Assembly: GCA_038229715.1 (NCBI GenBank)
Contig: JBBROD010000001.1
Location: 10,011-74,010, forward strand
DNA: 64,000 nucleotides
Source of the DNA: Tepidisphaerales bacterium
GTDB lineage: Bacteria; Planctomycetota; Phycisphaerae; Tepidisphaerales; Tepidisphaeraceae
Direction: 5' to 3'
The notes under the pieces are model-generated. The model was not told the origin of the DNA. It made no database searches and saw only the letters and a list, made by a program, of their open reading frames with translations. A program made the translations under genes and the position numbers. Positions 19,369 to 28,045 of this stretch are shown here, in pieces; positions within the stretch are counted from its first letter, which is position 1, and each line of letters starts with the position of its first letter.

Positions 19369-20331
19369 ATGATCCTGGCCGGTATTGACGAAGCGGGTTA
19401 CGGGCCGGTCCTCGGGCCGCTGGTCGTGGGGGCGTGCGCGTTTGAAGTCCCCGACGGGCTTGAAAGCCCGTGCCTCTGGAAGCGGCTGAAAAAGGTCGTA
19501 TCCAAAAACCGATCCAAGTCCGGTAGAACGCTTCACGTCAACGATAGCAAACTCGTTTACTCCTCGTCGGCCGGGCTGAAAGAACTCGAAAAGTCGGTGC
19601 TGGCGATTTCGTCCTGTCTGCATGATTGGCCGGCTGATCTCGATCAGTTCATACACTCGGTGGCTGCCCATGCGGCGCCGGAACTGGCGGAGCATCGCTG
19701 GTACGTTCCGCCGGCGGGGGAGAAGTTTCCGCTGGAACTCGAGGGCACCTCCGTGCGCATCATGGTGAACGCGCTGCGTCACGAGATGGAGCGATCCGAA
19801 ACCCGCTGCGTTTACCTGGCCGCACGGGTGGTCAGCGAACGGCCGCTCAATCGACTCTTTACCGCGACGCGAAACAAGAGCAACGCGCTGTTCTCGGTCG
19901 CGTCGATCCACCTCGACGATCTCGTCCGCAAGTTCGGCCGGCGGAATCTCACGATCTTCTGCGATCGCCAAGGCGGTCGCGCCCACTACGGCCCGCTGCT
20001 GCGCGGCATGTTTCCTGATTGGTCGCTGGAGATCACCGAAGAATCGGATGGCAAAAGCGTTTACAAGCTCAAGCAGAATCCGCACGAGGTGGTGATTCTG
20101 TTCGTCGAGAAGGCCGAGACCCTATCGATGTCCGTCGCGGTGGCGTCGATGTTGTGCAAGTACCTTCGCGAGTCGCTGATGTCGCGATTCAACGCGTACT
20201 GGCAACAAAACGTGCCGGGCGTTGCCCCGACCGCGGGCTATTACACCGACGGCCACCGCTTCCTCGGCGATATCGCCGCCGCCCGCGCCGCGCTCGGCGT
20301 GCCCGACGCTGACCTCATCCGCTGCCGATAA
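19369..20331 (+). CDS. RNase HII-family protein with a large internal insertion (320 aa)
   Basis: The likely start is ATG at 19369. MILAGIDEAGYGPVLGPLVVG is the DE catalytic motif. The C-terminal segment VEKAETLSMSVAVASMLCKYLRE...GYYTDGHRF corresponds to the KAD..VAAASI.AK and GY motifs of RNase HII. Confidence 0.65.
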   Translation: MILAGIDEAGYGPVLGPLVVGACAFEVPDGLESPCLWKRLKKVVSKNRSKSGRTLHVNDSKLVYSSSAGLKELEKSVLAISSCLHDWPADLDQFIHSVAAHAAPELAEHRWYVPPAGEKFPLELEGTSVRIMVNALRHEMERSETRCVYLAARVVSERPLNRLFTATRNKSNALFSVASIHLDDLVRKFGRRNLTIFCDRQGGRAHYGPLLRGMFPDWSLEITEESDGKSVYKLKQNPHEVVILFVEKAETLSMSVAVASMLCKYLRESLMSRFNAYWQQNVPGVAPTAGYYTDGHRFLGDIAAARAALGVPDADLIRCR

Positions 20332-20387
20332 TTCTTTTGCAGAACCCTGCGATCTGCATTTCGCTCAATCAGTGTTGGCCGGTTAAG

Positions 20388-20981
20388 ATGCGGAATATGA
20401 AGTATCGCCAGTACGCTTATTGTTTGCTGTTGCCTGCCGTGCTCGCAATGATCGCCGGCTGTGAGACCGCGCCCGCCACCTCCAGTGAGCGGTCGATTTT
20501 GGAAGAACAGGCCGAGTTCACGATGGGGATCATGCAGAGGCAGGAACCGGAACTCGATCCGCTGCTTGCCAAGGCGTATGCGTATGCGATTTTCCCGACC
20601 GTCAGCAAGGGTGGCCTAATTGCCGGCGGGGTGTACGGGCGGGGCGTGGTTTACCAGCAAGGCGTGATGACCGGCTACGCCGACCTCTCGCAAGCCACCC
20701 TTGGCGGGCAGATCGGCGCGCAAACGTACAGTGAACTGGTCGTTCTCGAAGACGAACCCGCCATGAACCGCTTCAAAACCGGCAAGCTGTCGTTCGAGAC
20801 CAACCTGTCCGCGATCGCCCTGCAGAAGGGAACGGCCCAGCACGCTAAGTACCGCGACGGCGTGATCGTCTTCATCCGCTCTCAAGGCGGCCTGATGGCG
20901 GAGGCGACCATCGGCGGACAGCAGTTTACGTACATCCCCAAAACCGCCGCCGAACGGTTGGAGAAGGTCAATCAGAAGTAA
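20388..20981 (+). CDS. lipoprotein with a SYLF (Ysc84-like) lipid-binding domain
   Basis: The likely start is ATG at 20388 or 20397. The lipobox is LAMIAGC. The segment AYAIFPTVSKGGLIAGGVYGRGVVY...TLGGQIGAQ is typical of SYLF/DUF500 domains. Confidence 0.6.
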   Translation: MRNMKYRQYAYCLLLPAVLAMIAGCETAPATSSERSILEEQAEFTMGIMQRQEPELDPLLAKAYAYAIFPTVSKGGLIAGGVYGRGVVYQQGVMTGYADLSQATLGGQIGAQTYSELVVLEDEPAMNRFKTGKLSFETNLSAIALQKGTAQHAKYRDGVIVFIRSQGGLMAEATIGGQQFTYIPKTAAERLEKVNQK

Positions 20982-21059
20982 AATGAAGCCTACCGCGTCC
21001 AACCAAGCGGCCCGGCAGGGGTCTATAATCGGTATTGCTGTCAGACGGGAGCGAGGGAC

Positions 21060-22418
21060 ATGACACATCGATTCGCAACATCGGCATTGCTGTTGGGATG
21101 TCTGGCGTCACTCGCAACGGCGGACGTCGTTCAGTTGACCAACGGCATGACCATTGAAGGGGACGTGAAAAAGAGCAACGACGGCTACGTCGTCATCGGC
21201 GCGACCGGCAAGATGACCAACCTTCGGGCGGATGAAGTGCAGTCGATTTCGATCAGCCCCAGCACCCGGCCGGCTGTTGTGATGGAGCGGCTCGCGTCGC
21301 TGCGTCGTGCGATGGAAAACGCCAGCGACATCAACACGATTCTCGATCGCTACCAGAAATTCATCGACCAGGCCCCCGACGAAGCGTCCCGCAAAGCCGC
21401 CACCGAAGACTTGGCGGTGTGGAAGCAGCGGCAGGATCAGGGCCTGGTTAAATTCGGGAATCGTTGGATCGTCCCGGCCGACCGCGCGAAGATTCAGGAG
21501 CAGGCGCTCGCCCTCGCCAGCCAAGGCCGCGAGTTCATGAAGCAGGGTCGATTGAAAGAGGCCGATCCGGTCCTCAACCAAGCCATCGCGACGGACCCGG
21601 GCTGCGCGTCGGCGTATTACCTGCGCGGGTTGCTCTTGTATCGTCAGGACCAACTGCCCGCTGCCCGTAAGGCGTTTGAAACCACGATCGCGCTCGTCCC
21701 CGATCACGTGCCTACGCTGAACAACCTCGCGATCGTGATCTATCGGCAGAACCAAATTCCCGGCGCGTTGAATCAGTTTGATCGCGCGATGATCTCCTCG
21801 CCGCAGGACAAGTGGGTGCTGACCAACGTCGCCGAGGCGCTGGAAGCATTGCCACCGGAGTTGAAGAAGAATGACATCGTCCGCCGGGTGCAGCGGCGGT
21901 TTGATGAGCAGATCGTCCCGCTCGAAGCCAAACTCGCCGCGACCGGCTTGTACCGGTGGGGCGCAACGTGGGTCAACGCCACCGATTTAGAAAAACTCAA
22001 AGCGATCGAGTCGGCCAATAAAGCCAAGCTCGATGCGTTGTCGGTCGACTTCGACGCCGTGCAAGCCGACATGACGCGCATCACGCAGTCGATCGCCGAC
22101 AACCAGGGTGCGTTGCGCCGTATCGAGGCCGAAAGCGTGCGTTACGACAGCAACGGACAGGCGATCCGTGTTGCCTACCCGCCGGTGTATTACGAAATCG
22201 TCCGCGACAACCAAAAACTGACAGCCGAGCGCGCGACGGACATCACCAAACTCGAACAACTCCGCGTGCAGGCCAAAGCCATCCAGGCAAAGCTGCCCAC
22301 GCCGCGATACACCGGCGTGCAGCAACTAAACGGCGTTGAGGGCGCGCCCACCGTCGCCATCGCCGCCGATCCGGCGACGCAACCGTCGAAGCAACCATCG
22401 ACCCAGCCCGCTCAATAA
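21060..22418 (+). CDS. secreted TPR-repeat protein (hypothetical)
   Basis: 452 aa. The signal peptide is MTHRFATSALLLGCLASLATA. TPR-like units are present (AIATDPGCASAYYLRGLLLYRQDQLPAARKAFETTIALVPDHVPTLNNLAIVIY). Confidence 0.7.
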   Translation: MTHRFATSALLLGCLASLATADVVQLTNGMTIEGDVKKSNDGYVVIGATGKMTNLRADEVQSISISPSTRPAVVMERLASLRRAMENASDINTILDRYQKFIDQAPDEASRKAATEDLAVWKQRQDQGLVKFGNRWIVPADRAKIQEQALALASQGREFMKQGRLKEADPVLNQAIATDPGCASAYYLRGLLLYRQDQLPAARKAFETTIALVPDHVPTLNNLAIVIYRQNQIPGALNQFDRAMISSPQDKWVLTNVAEALEALPPELKKNDIVRRVQRRFDEQIVPLEAKLAATGLYRWGATWVNATDLEKLKAIESANKAKLDALSVDFDAVQADMTRITQSIADNQGALRRIEAESVRYDSNGQAIRVAYPPVYYEIVRDNQKLTAERATDITKLEQLRVQAKAIQAKLPTPRYTGVQQLNGVEGAPTVAIAADPATQPSKQPSTQPAQ

Positions 22419-22487
22419 GAAAAGAAATCCACTCCCTCGCCCGTGTATTCACGCGAGAGCGAGTGGGTGAATGTTGCAAACAGTTCG

Positions 22488-22714
22488 TCCACGAATAACA
22501 CGAATCTACACGAATAGGAAAGTCTTTATACCGACCCGGTTTAATTCTCGCGCACCTAGCGCCGTCATTCCGAGGTACTCCGAGGAATCTCGGCATACGA
22601 AAACCGCTTGCTTCCTGAGAGTCCTCGGAGTACCTCGGAATGACGATCTACGTCGGGTGGCGCGGGAATTTGATCAAATCCGTATTATTCGTGTAGATTC
22701 GTGTTATTCGTGGA
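22488..22714. mobile_element. MITE-like composite palindromic element: perfect 29-nt terminal inverted repeats (TCCACGAATAACACGAATCTACACGAATA) flanking an extended copy of the GTCATYC(Y)GAGGTACTCCGA palindrome
   Basis: The left repeat at 22488-22516 is the exact reverse complement of 22686-22714. The interior (about 22537-22682) is itself an imperfect palindrome and is about 150 nt homologous to 56744-56890. Confidence 0.6.
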
Positions 22715-24061
22715 CGATTCTTCTATCCCAGCCGCCCGTAAAACCATTCGATTTTTGTATACACCAGCCGCATGGCCGACGCTGTCCCAGCCTCGGCCGA
22801 CGCTCGTCGTCGCGAGTGAAATGTAAATGCTCGCCGCCGATCGCGGGTAGTCGTCGAAGAGGCTGAACTCGATCGAATTCACCGGCAATCCCCAGCCGGC
22901 GGTCGGCGACAATTGCGTGCTCGCTTGTGACGAGAAATCCGCCAGCGTCATCGATGCAAACGGTTTGCCTTCGTCGAGCAGTGTGATCGTCAGCGGCTCG
23001 CCGCGCTTCAGCGGGCCGGCGGCCAGTTCGTGGAAGGGGCCTTTCTCGCCGCTGGTGGCTTCGACGACGTGGAAGAGCCCCGCGGCATCCATATACGCCA
23101 TTCGCTCCGGCCGGCCGGTGGGGTATTCGCTGTATTGAACGTCGATCGGCTTGTCGGGCGCGGGCGAGAAAATCAGCGACAGCTTGCGATGCCCGAAGAG
23201 CGTGGCTTCGGTGAATGCGTTCAGGTGCGAGTAGATCGGTTGGGCGATTGTGGTCGTGACGTCGAGATCAACGCCGTCATCGCCGATCGCGTGAAACTGC
23301 AGATTGGATTCGCCGCTGTCGAAGTAGCTGAATTCGCCGGGCGCCATTAAAAACATCCGCCGGTGCGGAGCGATGCGGCACGCCTTGGTCGCGAGATTGG
23401 TCCAGCAACGATCCGGCGAAAGGCTTTCAAACGTCAGGATCGGCGACAGTTGCACCGAGTGCGGCCCGAAGTTGGCGACGACTTGCCCGGAGCTCGGGCT
23501 GATCCGTATGTTGCGCGAGATCGACTGTGTCGGCGGCGATTCGTCGATGGGGAAGGTTGTCGTATTCGATACGGCTCCGCCGGCTGGGTGCGTTTGGGCC
23601 ATTTCCGATTGCTGCGTCCAAGGCATCGCCGCGCCGAATGCGATCGGCAGGATCAGGTACGCCATCAACACGCGTCGACTCGGCCACCACGGGCGGAACT
23701 CGCGGCGGACGCCGATCAGCGCCACCGCCGCCATGGCAACCCCCGCGAGACTTGCCCATCGGCTGCTGATCGGGAAGATCGCCAAGCCTGCGGTCGCCGC
23801 GCCGATCAGCGCGATCGGCGACGCAAGCAGCAGCGCCACCATCCACCGCCAGCGCCCGAATCGCTCAGCCAGAGTCGTCAACACCGCGTAGCCGATCACC
23901 ACCCACGGAAAGATTTCATTCGCCCACCAATGCCGATGCCCAACCGGAAACCCGCGAGGCATGACCCAAAGCACGCCGACCGCGGCGATCCAGTGCAGTT
24001 GGATCACGCCCAGCCAGAACAGGCGGGCTCGCGGGCAGGGCTTGTTCGGGGCGTGTTGCAT
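22685..24061 (-). CDS. hypothetical polytopic membrane protein with a C-terminal soluble domain
   Basis: The track ORF is 22685-24070 (GTG start), with an ATG at 24061. The N-terminal ~190 aa contain several hydrophobic helices. The last codons (STNNTNLHE-stop) are encoded by the right TIR of the neighbouring repeat. Confidence 0.6.
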   Translation of the reverse strand: MQHAPNKPCPRARLFWLGVIQLHWIAAVGVLWVMPRGFPVGHRHWWANEIFPWVVIGYAVLTTLAERFGRWRWMVALLLASPIALIGAATAGLAIFPISSRWASLAGVAMAAVALIGVRREFRPWWPSRRVLMAYLILPIAFGAAMPWTQQSEMAQTHPAGGAVSNTTTFPIDESPPTQSISRNIRISPSSGQVVANFGPHSVQLSPILTFESLSPDRCWTNLATKACRIAPHRRMFLMAPGEFSYFDSGESNLQFHAIGDDGVDLDVTTTIAQPIYSHLNAFTEATLFGHRKLSLIFSPAPDKPIDVQYSEYPTGRPERMAYMDAAGLFHVVEATSGEKGPFHELAAGPLKRGEPLTITLLDEGKPFASMTLADFSSQASTQLSPTAGWGLPVNSIEFSLFDDYPRSAASIYISLATTSVGRGWDSVGHAAGVYKNRMVLRAAGIEESSTNNTNLHE

Positions 24062-24139
24062 CGTATGCACAGGCGTGCGTGGCGCGATTGTAGTGACCGG
24101 CGATCAAAAGGCCTATAATCGCCCGTTCACAGGAGATTT

Positions 24140-24796
24140 ATGGCAACATCGCGAATCACCCAGAACGACCACGACGAAGACGCCGCCGACCCGCGGCCGG
24201 CGGAACTCAAGCCGGCGAACATTGATGTCCCACGCATCGAACGCGCGGTACGCGAAATCCTCATCGCCGTCGGCGAAGATCCCGACCGCGAAGGGCTGCT
24301 GAAAACACCCAATCGCGTCGCCCGCGCGTACGGCGAGTTGATGGCGGGGCTGCAGGACGATCCCAAGCGGCATCTCAAAACGGTTTTTACCGAGCGGTAC
24401 GACGAAGTAGTGCTGCTGCGCGATATCGAGTTCCACTCGCTTTGCGAGCATCATCTGTTGCCTTTTACGGGCAAGGCGCACGTCGCCTATTTGCCGGACG
24501 GAAAAGTGGTCGGTTTGAGTAAGCTGGCCCGGCTCGTCGAAGGCTACGCTCGCCGGCCGCAGGTGCAGGAGCGGCTGACGACGCAGATCGCCGATGCACT
24601 CATGGAAGAGCTGAACCCGATCGGCGCCGCTTGCGTGATCGAGGCCACGCATACCTGCATGACGATCCGCGGCGCGAAAAAACACGGCAGCGTGATGGCG
24701 ACGAGTGCGCTCCGAGGCATCTTCAAGGAAAACCCCTCCAGCCGACACGAAATCCTGTCGCTGATGTACGGCGGATCGGCTTCGCAGCGATTTTAA
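24140..24796 (+). CDS. folE: GTP cyclohydrolase I
   Basis: An AGGAGA Shine-Dalgarno sequence precedes the start. The motif [23 protein letters not shown] is diagnostic. Confidence 0.93.
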   Translation: MATSRITQNDHDEDAADPRPAELKPANIDVPRIERAVREILIAVGEDPDREGLLKTPNRVARAYGELMAGLQDDPKRHLKTVFTERYDEVVLLRDIEFHSLCEHHLLPFTGKAHVAYLPDGKVVGLSKLARLVEGYARRPQVQERLTTQIADALMEELNPIGAACVIEATHTCMTIRGAKKHGSVMATSALRGIFKENPSSRHEILSLMYGGSASQRF

Positions 24797-24814
24797 TTGA
24801 ATGAGGAAACAGCC

Positions 24815-24905
24815 GTCATCCTGAGTGGCACTCCGCGAAGGATCTCGACCTGTCGAGAACTGCTCGGAAGTTCGCGATCCTTCGCGGAGTACCGCTCAGG
24901 ATGAC
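24815..24905. repeat. palindromic repeat, GTCATCCTGAG...CTCAGGATGAC family (divergent copy)
   Basis: GTCATCCTGAGTGGCACTCCGCGAAGGATCTCG ... CGATCCTTCGCGGAGTACCGCTCAGGATGAC. Confidence 0.75.
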
Positions 24906-24931
24906 GCTAACTGAGACATATGGAGTGAGTT

Positions 24932-25534
24932 ATGGCAGACGCAGGTGAACGCATCGAACAATTCCGCAAAATGGCTGAGGCCGATCCGACGAATGAGTTG
25001 GGACATTTTTCGCTCGGCCGGGCGCTAATCGACTCCGGCGATGCCGCGTCGGCGGTCGCGCCATTGTCGAAAGTCATCGAGCTCAATCCGAACATCAGCA
25101 AGGCGTATCAACTGCTGGCCAATGCACTTCTGACGCTCGGCCGAAAGGACGAAGCGATCAAGGAGCTGACCGCCGGCGTGAAAAAGGCCGACGAGCGCGG
25201 CGATGTCCTGCCGCGCAACGAGATGACGAGCAAACTAAAGGAGTTAGGCGCGGCCGTCCCCGAACTCCGCACGTCCGCAGCCCCCGCGGTGGCCGTCGGC
25301 GACGGGCAAGTCCTCTGCAAACGCTGCGGCCAGGTGAGAGCGAAACTAGAGAAACCCCCGTTCCGAAACGCTTTCGGCCAAAAGATTTACGAACACACCT
25401 GCGCCCCTTGCTGGAAAGAAGCCATCGGCCACGGCACGAAGGTGATCAACGAGTTGCGTCTCCCGTTGGCTGATCCACAGGCTCAGAAGATGTGGGATCA
25501 GCACATCGTTGAATTCTTGAACCTGGAATCGTAA
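24932..25534 (+). CDS. TPR domain fused to a YggX-like Fe(2+)-trafficking / oxidative damage protection domain
   Basis: The N-terminal ~100 aa are TPR-like. The C-terminal segment VLCKRCGQVRAKLEKPPFRNAFGQKIYEHTCAPCWKEAIGHGTKVINELRLPLADPQAQKMWDQHIVEFL resembles YggX. Confidence 0.65.
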   Translation: MADAGERIEQFRKMAEADPTNELGHFSLGRALIDSGDAASAVAPLSKVIELNPNISKAYQLLANALLTLGRKDEAIKELTAGVKKADERGDVLPRNEMTSKLKELGAAVPELRTSAAPAVAVGDGQVLCKRCGQVRAKLEKPPFRNAFGQKIYEHTCAPCWKEAIGHGTKVINELRLPLADPQAQKMWDQHIVEFLNLES

Positions 25535-25543
25535 GAATAGATC

Positions 25544-25620
25544 AACCGCGAAGGCGCGAAGACGCGAAGAATGAAAGAATTTAGTCTGCAGTTCTTCGCT
25601 TCTTCGCGTCTTCGCGGTTC
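25544..25620. repeat. hairpin of CGCGAAG words (AACCGCGAAGGCGCGAAGACGCGAAGAA ... TTCTTCGCTTCTTCGCGTCTTCGCGGTT)
   Basis: Inverted repeat read directly. The first 25 nt are identical to 55386-55410. Confidence 0.8.
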
Positions 25621-25699
25621 ATTCTCTTTTGCGGCTCGATTCAATTAAGCCAATCTTTTCCTTGACTGCGCACGAGGGCCGTTGGCACAATCGTCTCTG

Positions 25700-25951
25700 A
25701 TGAAGCAGTGCTTTCACACCATCATCAAGCCCGCGAACGGAAAGTACGTGGGCTGGGTCGAGGAAGTTCCCGGTACGATCACGCACGGCCAGAATTTGGC
25801 AGAGTGTCGTCGGAATTTGAAAGATGCACTTCTGCTAATGGTCGAAACCCGCCGCGACCAGGCACGACGGGCGATGGACTCCAACTGCATTGTGGAGTCG
25901 ATCGTGATCGATGTCGACGAACTCGAACCCACGCCCGCACATCTGGCGTGA
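25700..25951 (+). CDS. HicB-family antitoxin-like protein (UPF0150)
   Basis: MKQCFHTIIKPANGKYVGWVEEVPGTITHGQNLAECRRNLKDALLLMVE is the typical HicB N-terminal fold pattern. The track ORF starts at TTG 25682. Confidence 0.6.
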   Translation: MKQCFHTIIKPANGKYVGWVEEVPGTITHGQNLAECRRNLKDALLLMVETRRDQARRAMDSNCIVESIVIDVDELEPTPAHLA

Positions 25952-26032
25952 ATGGTCCTCGAACGCATTTTGCTAAACGTCGTACCGGCGCTGGTAGAGT
26001 CTGCGCCTTGGAAATCTCATCCAGCGAATTGA
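25952..26032 (+). pseudogene. possible degenerate hicA remnant (26 codons)
   Basis: ATG at 25952 lies immediately after the hicB stop. The translation MVLERILLNVVPALVESAPWKSHPAN loosely resembles the HicA N-terminus (..LE+IL...GF.LVR..GSH). Confidence 0.2.
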
Positions 26033-26108
26033 ATCACGAAGCAACAAAGACACGAAGAAATCAAAGCCATTGCCTTGCATTCCTTCGTGTCTTCGCTGCT
26101 TCGCGGTT
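26031..26108. repeat. imperfect hairpin of CACGAAG/CGAAG words downstream of ilvB
   Basis: AATCACGAAGCAACAAAGACACGAAGAAA ... TCCTTCGTGTCTTCGCTGCTTCGCGGTT. Confidence 0.7.
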
Positions 26109-26126
26109 AATTCATTCTGGAGAGGC

Positions 26127-27881
26127 TTACGCCAGCGTGCCCAGTTCCATCTCGTGCAGGCCCTTGCCGGACGGGACCATCGGGTAGACGTGCTCGTTCG
26201 GCTCGACGTAATAGTCGACCACGACCGGGCCCTTGTGGGCGAGCATTTCTTTCACCGTCTTTTCGACGTCGCACTTGTGCTCGCAGCGGATGCCGCGGAT
26301 GCCGAACGCTTCGGCCATCATGGCGAAGTTGGGGTTCTTCATCACGGTTTGGCTGTAACGCTTGCCGAAGAACAAGTCCTGCCACTGCTTGACCATGCCT
26401 TGGAAGTCGTTGTTGAGGATGCAGACTTTGACCGGGATGTTGTACTCGGCGATGGTCGCGAGTTCCGGGCAGGTCATCAGGTAGCTGGCGTCGCCGTCGA
26501 TGTCGATGACGGTTTTGCCGGGCGCGCCCAATTGAGCGCCCATTGCAGACGGCAGGCCGTAGCCCATCGTGCCCAAGCCGCCGGAGGTGATCATCGTGCG
26601 CGGGGCGCGCCAGCGGATGAACTGGGCGGCCCACATCTGGTGCTGGCCGACGCCGGTGCTGAAGATGGCTTCGCCTTTGCACTGCTTGTTGATTTCTTCC
26701 AGCACGTACTGCGGCTTGGCGTTCTTGCTGTCGTCCAAATACTTGAACGGGTAGCGGGCCTTCCAGGCGTTGATCTTCTCAAACCATTCCTTGCGCGGGC
26801 TGTGCTCGATGTACTGCAGCATCGCTTCAAGACTGGCCTTGGCGTCGCCGACGACGGGAACGTCAACGTCCACCGTTTTGCTGATGCTGCTCGGGTCGAT
26901 GTCGATGTGGATGATCTTCGCGTGCGGGGCGAAGGTGGCTAAGTTGCCGGTCACGCGGTCGTCAAAACGGGCGCCGACGCTGATCAGGCAGTCCGATTCC
27001 TGGACGGCGTAGTTGGCGTAAGCACTTCCGTGCATGCCCAGCATGTGGAGCGACTTGGGGTCGTGCTCATCGAACGCGCCCAAGCCCAGCAAGGTAGTTG
27101 TGACGGGGATATTCCCCTTATCGGCCACCTTGCGCACAGCCTGCCACGCGCCGCTGATGATCGCGCCACCGCCGACGTACAGCACCGGGCGTTGGGCTTT
27201 GTTGATCATCTCGGCTGCGTCCATCACCTGCTTCTGGCTTCCGCCGGAGATGCTGGTCTTGGAGCGCTTGAGAATGTGCTCACGCGGCGTGTCGTCGACT
27301 TCCTCCGGACATGGCGTGACCTGAACGTCTTTAGGCAAATCGATCAGCACCGGGCCTGGCCGGCCGGTGGTGGCGACCATGAAGGCTTCGTTCACCACCC
27401 GCGGCAGTTCGCGCACGTCTTTGATCAGGTAATTCCACTTGGTACACGGGCGGGTGATGCCCGTCACGTCGGCTTCCTGGAACGCATCGTTACCGATCGA
27501 CTTCGTCGCCACCTGACCAGCGAAGACGACCATGGGGATCGAGTCCATCTGGGCGGTCGCGATCGGGGTGACGGTGTTGGTCGCGCCCGGGCCGCTGGTG
27601 ACGATGCACACGCCCGGCTTGCCGGTCACGCGGGCGTAGCCGTCCGCGCAATGGCCGGAGGATTGTTCATGGCGATTGAGAATGAACTTGGCCGGCGTGC
27701 GGTAGAGTTGGTCGAACATCGGCAGGATGGCCCCGCCCGGATAGCCGAACATGGTGTCCACCTGGTGCGGGCCGATCAGCATCTCGTGTAGGATCTGGGC
27801 ACCGGTCTTACCCTTGTACTTGGGCTTGGACGCCGAGGCGGAAGAGGCGGCTTTGGGCAAATCAGTATCAATCGTCGACAT
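26127..27881 (-). CDS. ilvB: acetolactate synthase, large (catalytic) subunit
   Basis: 584 aa. It has the TPP-enzyme architecture (...GYPGGAILP..., GGLGTMGYGLPSAMGAQLG). Confidence 0.95.
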   Translation of the reverse strand: MSTIDTDLPKAASSASASKPKYKGKTGAQILHEMLIGPHQVDTMFGYPGGAILPMFDQLYRTPAKFILNRHEQSSGHCADGYARVTGKPGVCIVTSGPGATNTVTPIATAQMDSIPMVVFAGQVATKSIGNDAFQEADVTGITRPCTKWNYLIKDVRELPRVVNEAFMVATTGRPGPVLIDLPKDVQVTPCPEEVDDTPREHILKRSKTSISGGSQKQVMDAAEMINKAQRPVLYVGGGAIISGAWQAVRKVADKGNIPVTTTLLGLGAFDEHDPKSLHMLGMHGSAYANYAVQESDCLISVGARFDDRVTGNLATFAPHAKIIHIDIDPSSISKTVDVDVPVVGDAKASLEAMLQYIEHSPRKEWFEKINAWKARYPFKYLDDSKNAKPQYVLEEINKQCKGEAIFSTGVGQHQMWAAQFIRWRAPRTMITSGGLGTMGYGLPSAMGAQLGAPGKTVIDIDGDASYLMTCPELATIAEYNIPVKVCILNNDFQGMVKQWQDLFFGKRYSQTVMKNPNFAMMAEAFGIRGIRCEHKCDVEKTVKEMLAHKGPVVVDYYVEPNEHVYPMVPSGKGLHEMELGTLA

Positions 27882-28045
27882 AATTAGTCTTTCTTAAATG
27901 AAGGGGAGGAATGTACCTGCAGACTCCCATAGCTTCAATGATATTCGTGTTTTACGGCAAAAAACGGGCCAGAAACCCCGCACCGGCGGGGCGATGGAGT
28001 GGGTCGGTCGCGGGGTTCAGCGTGTGAAAACCCGTCGTGGCCGAC

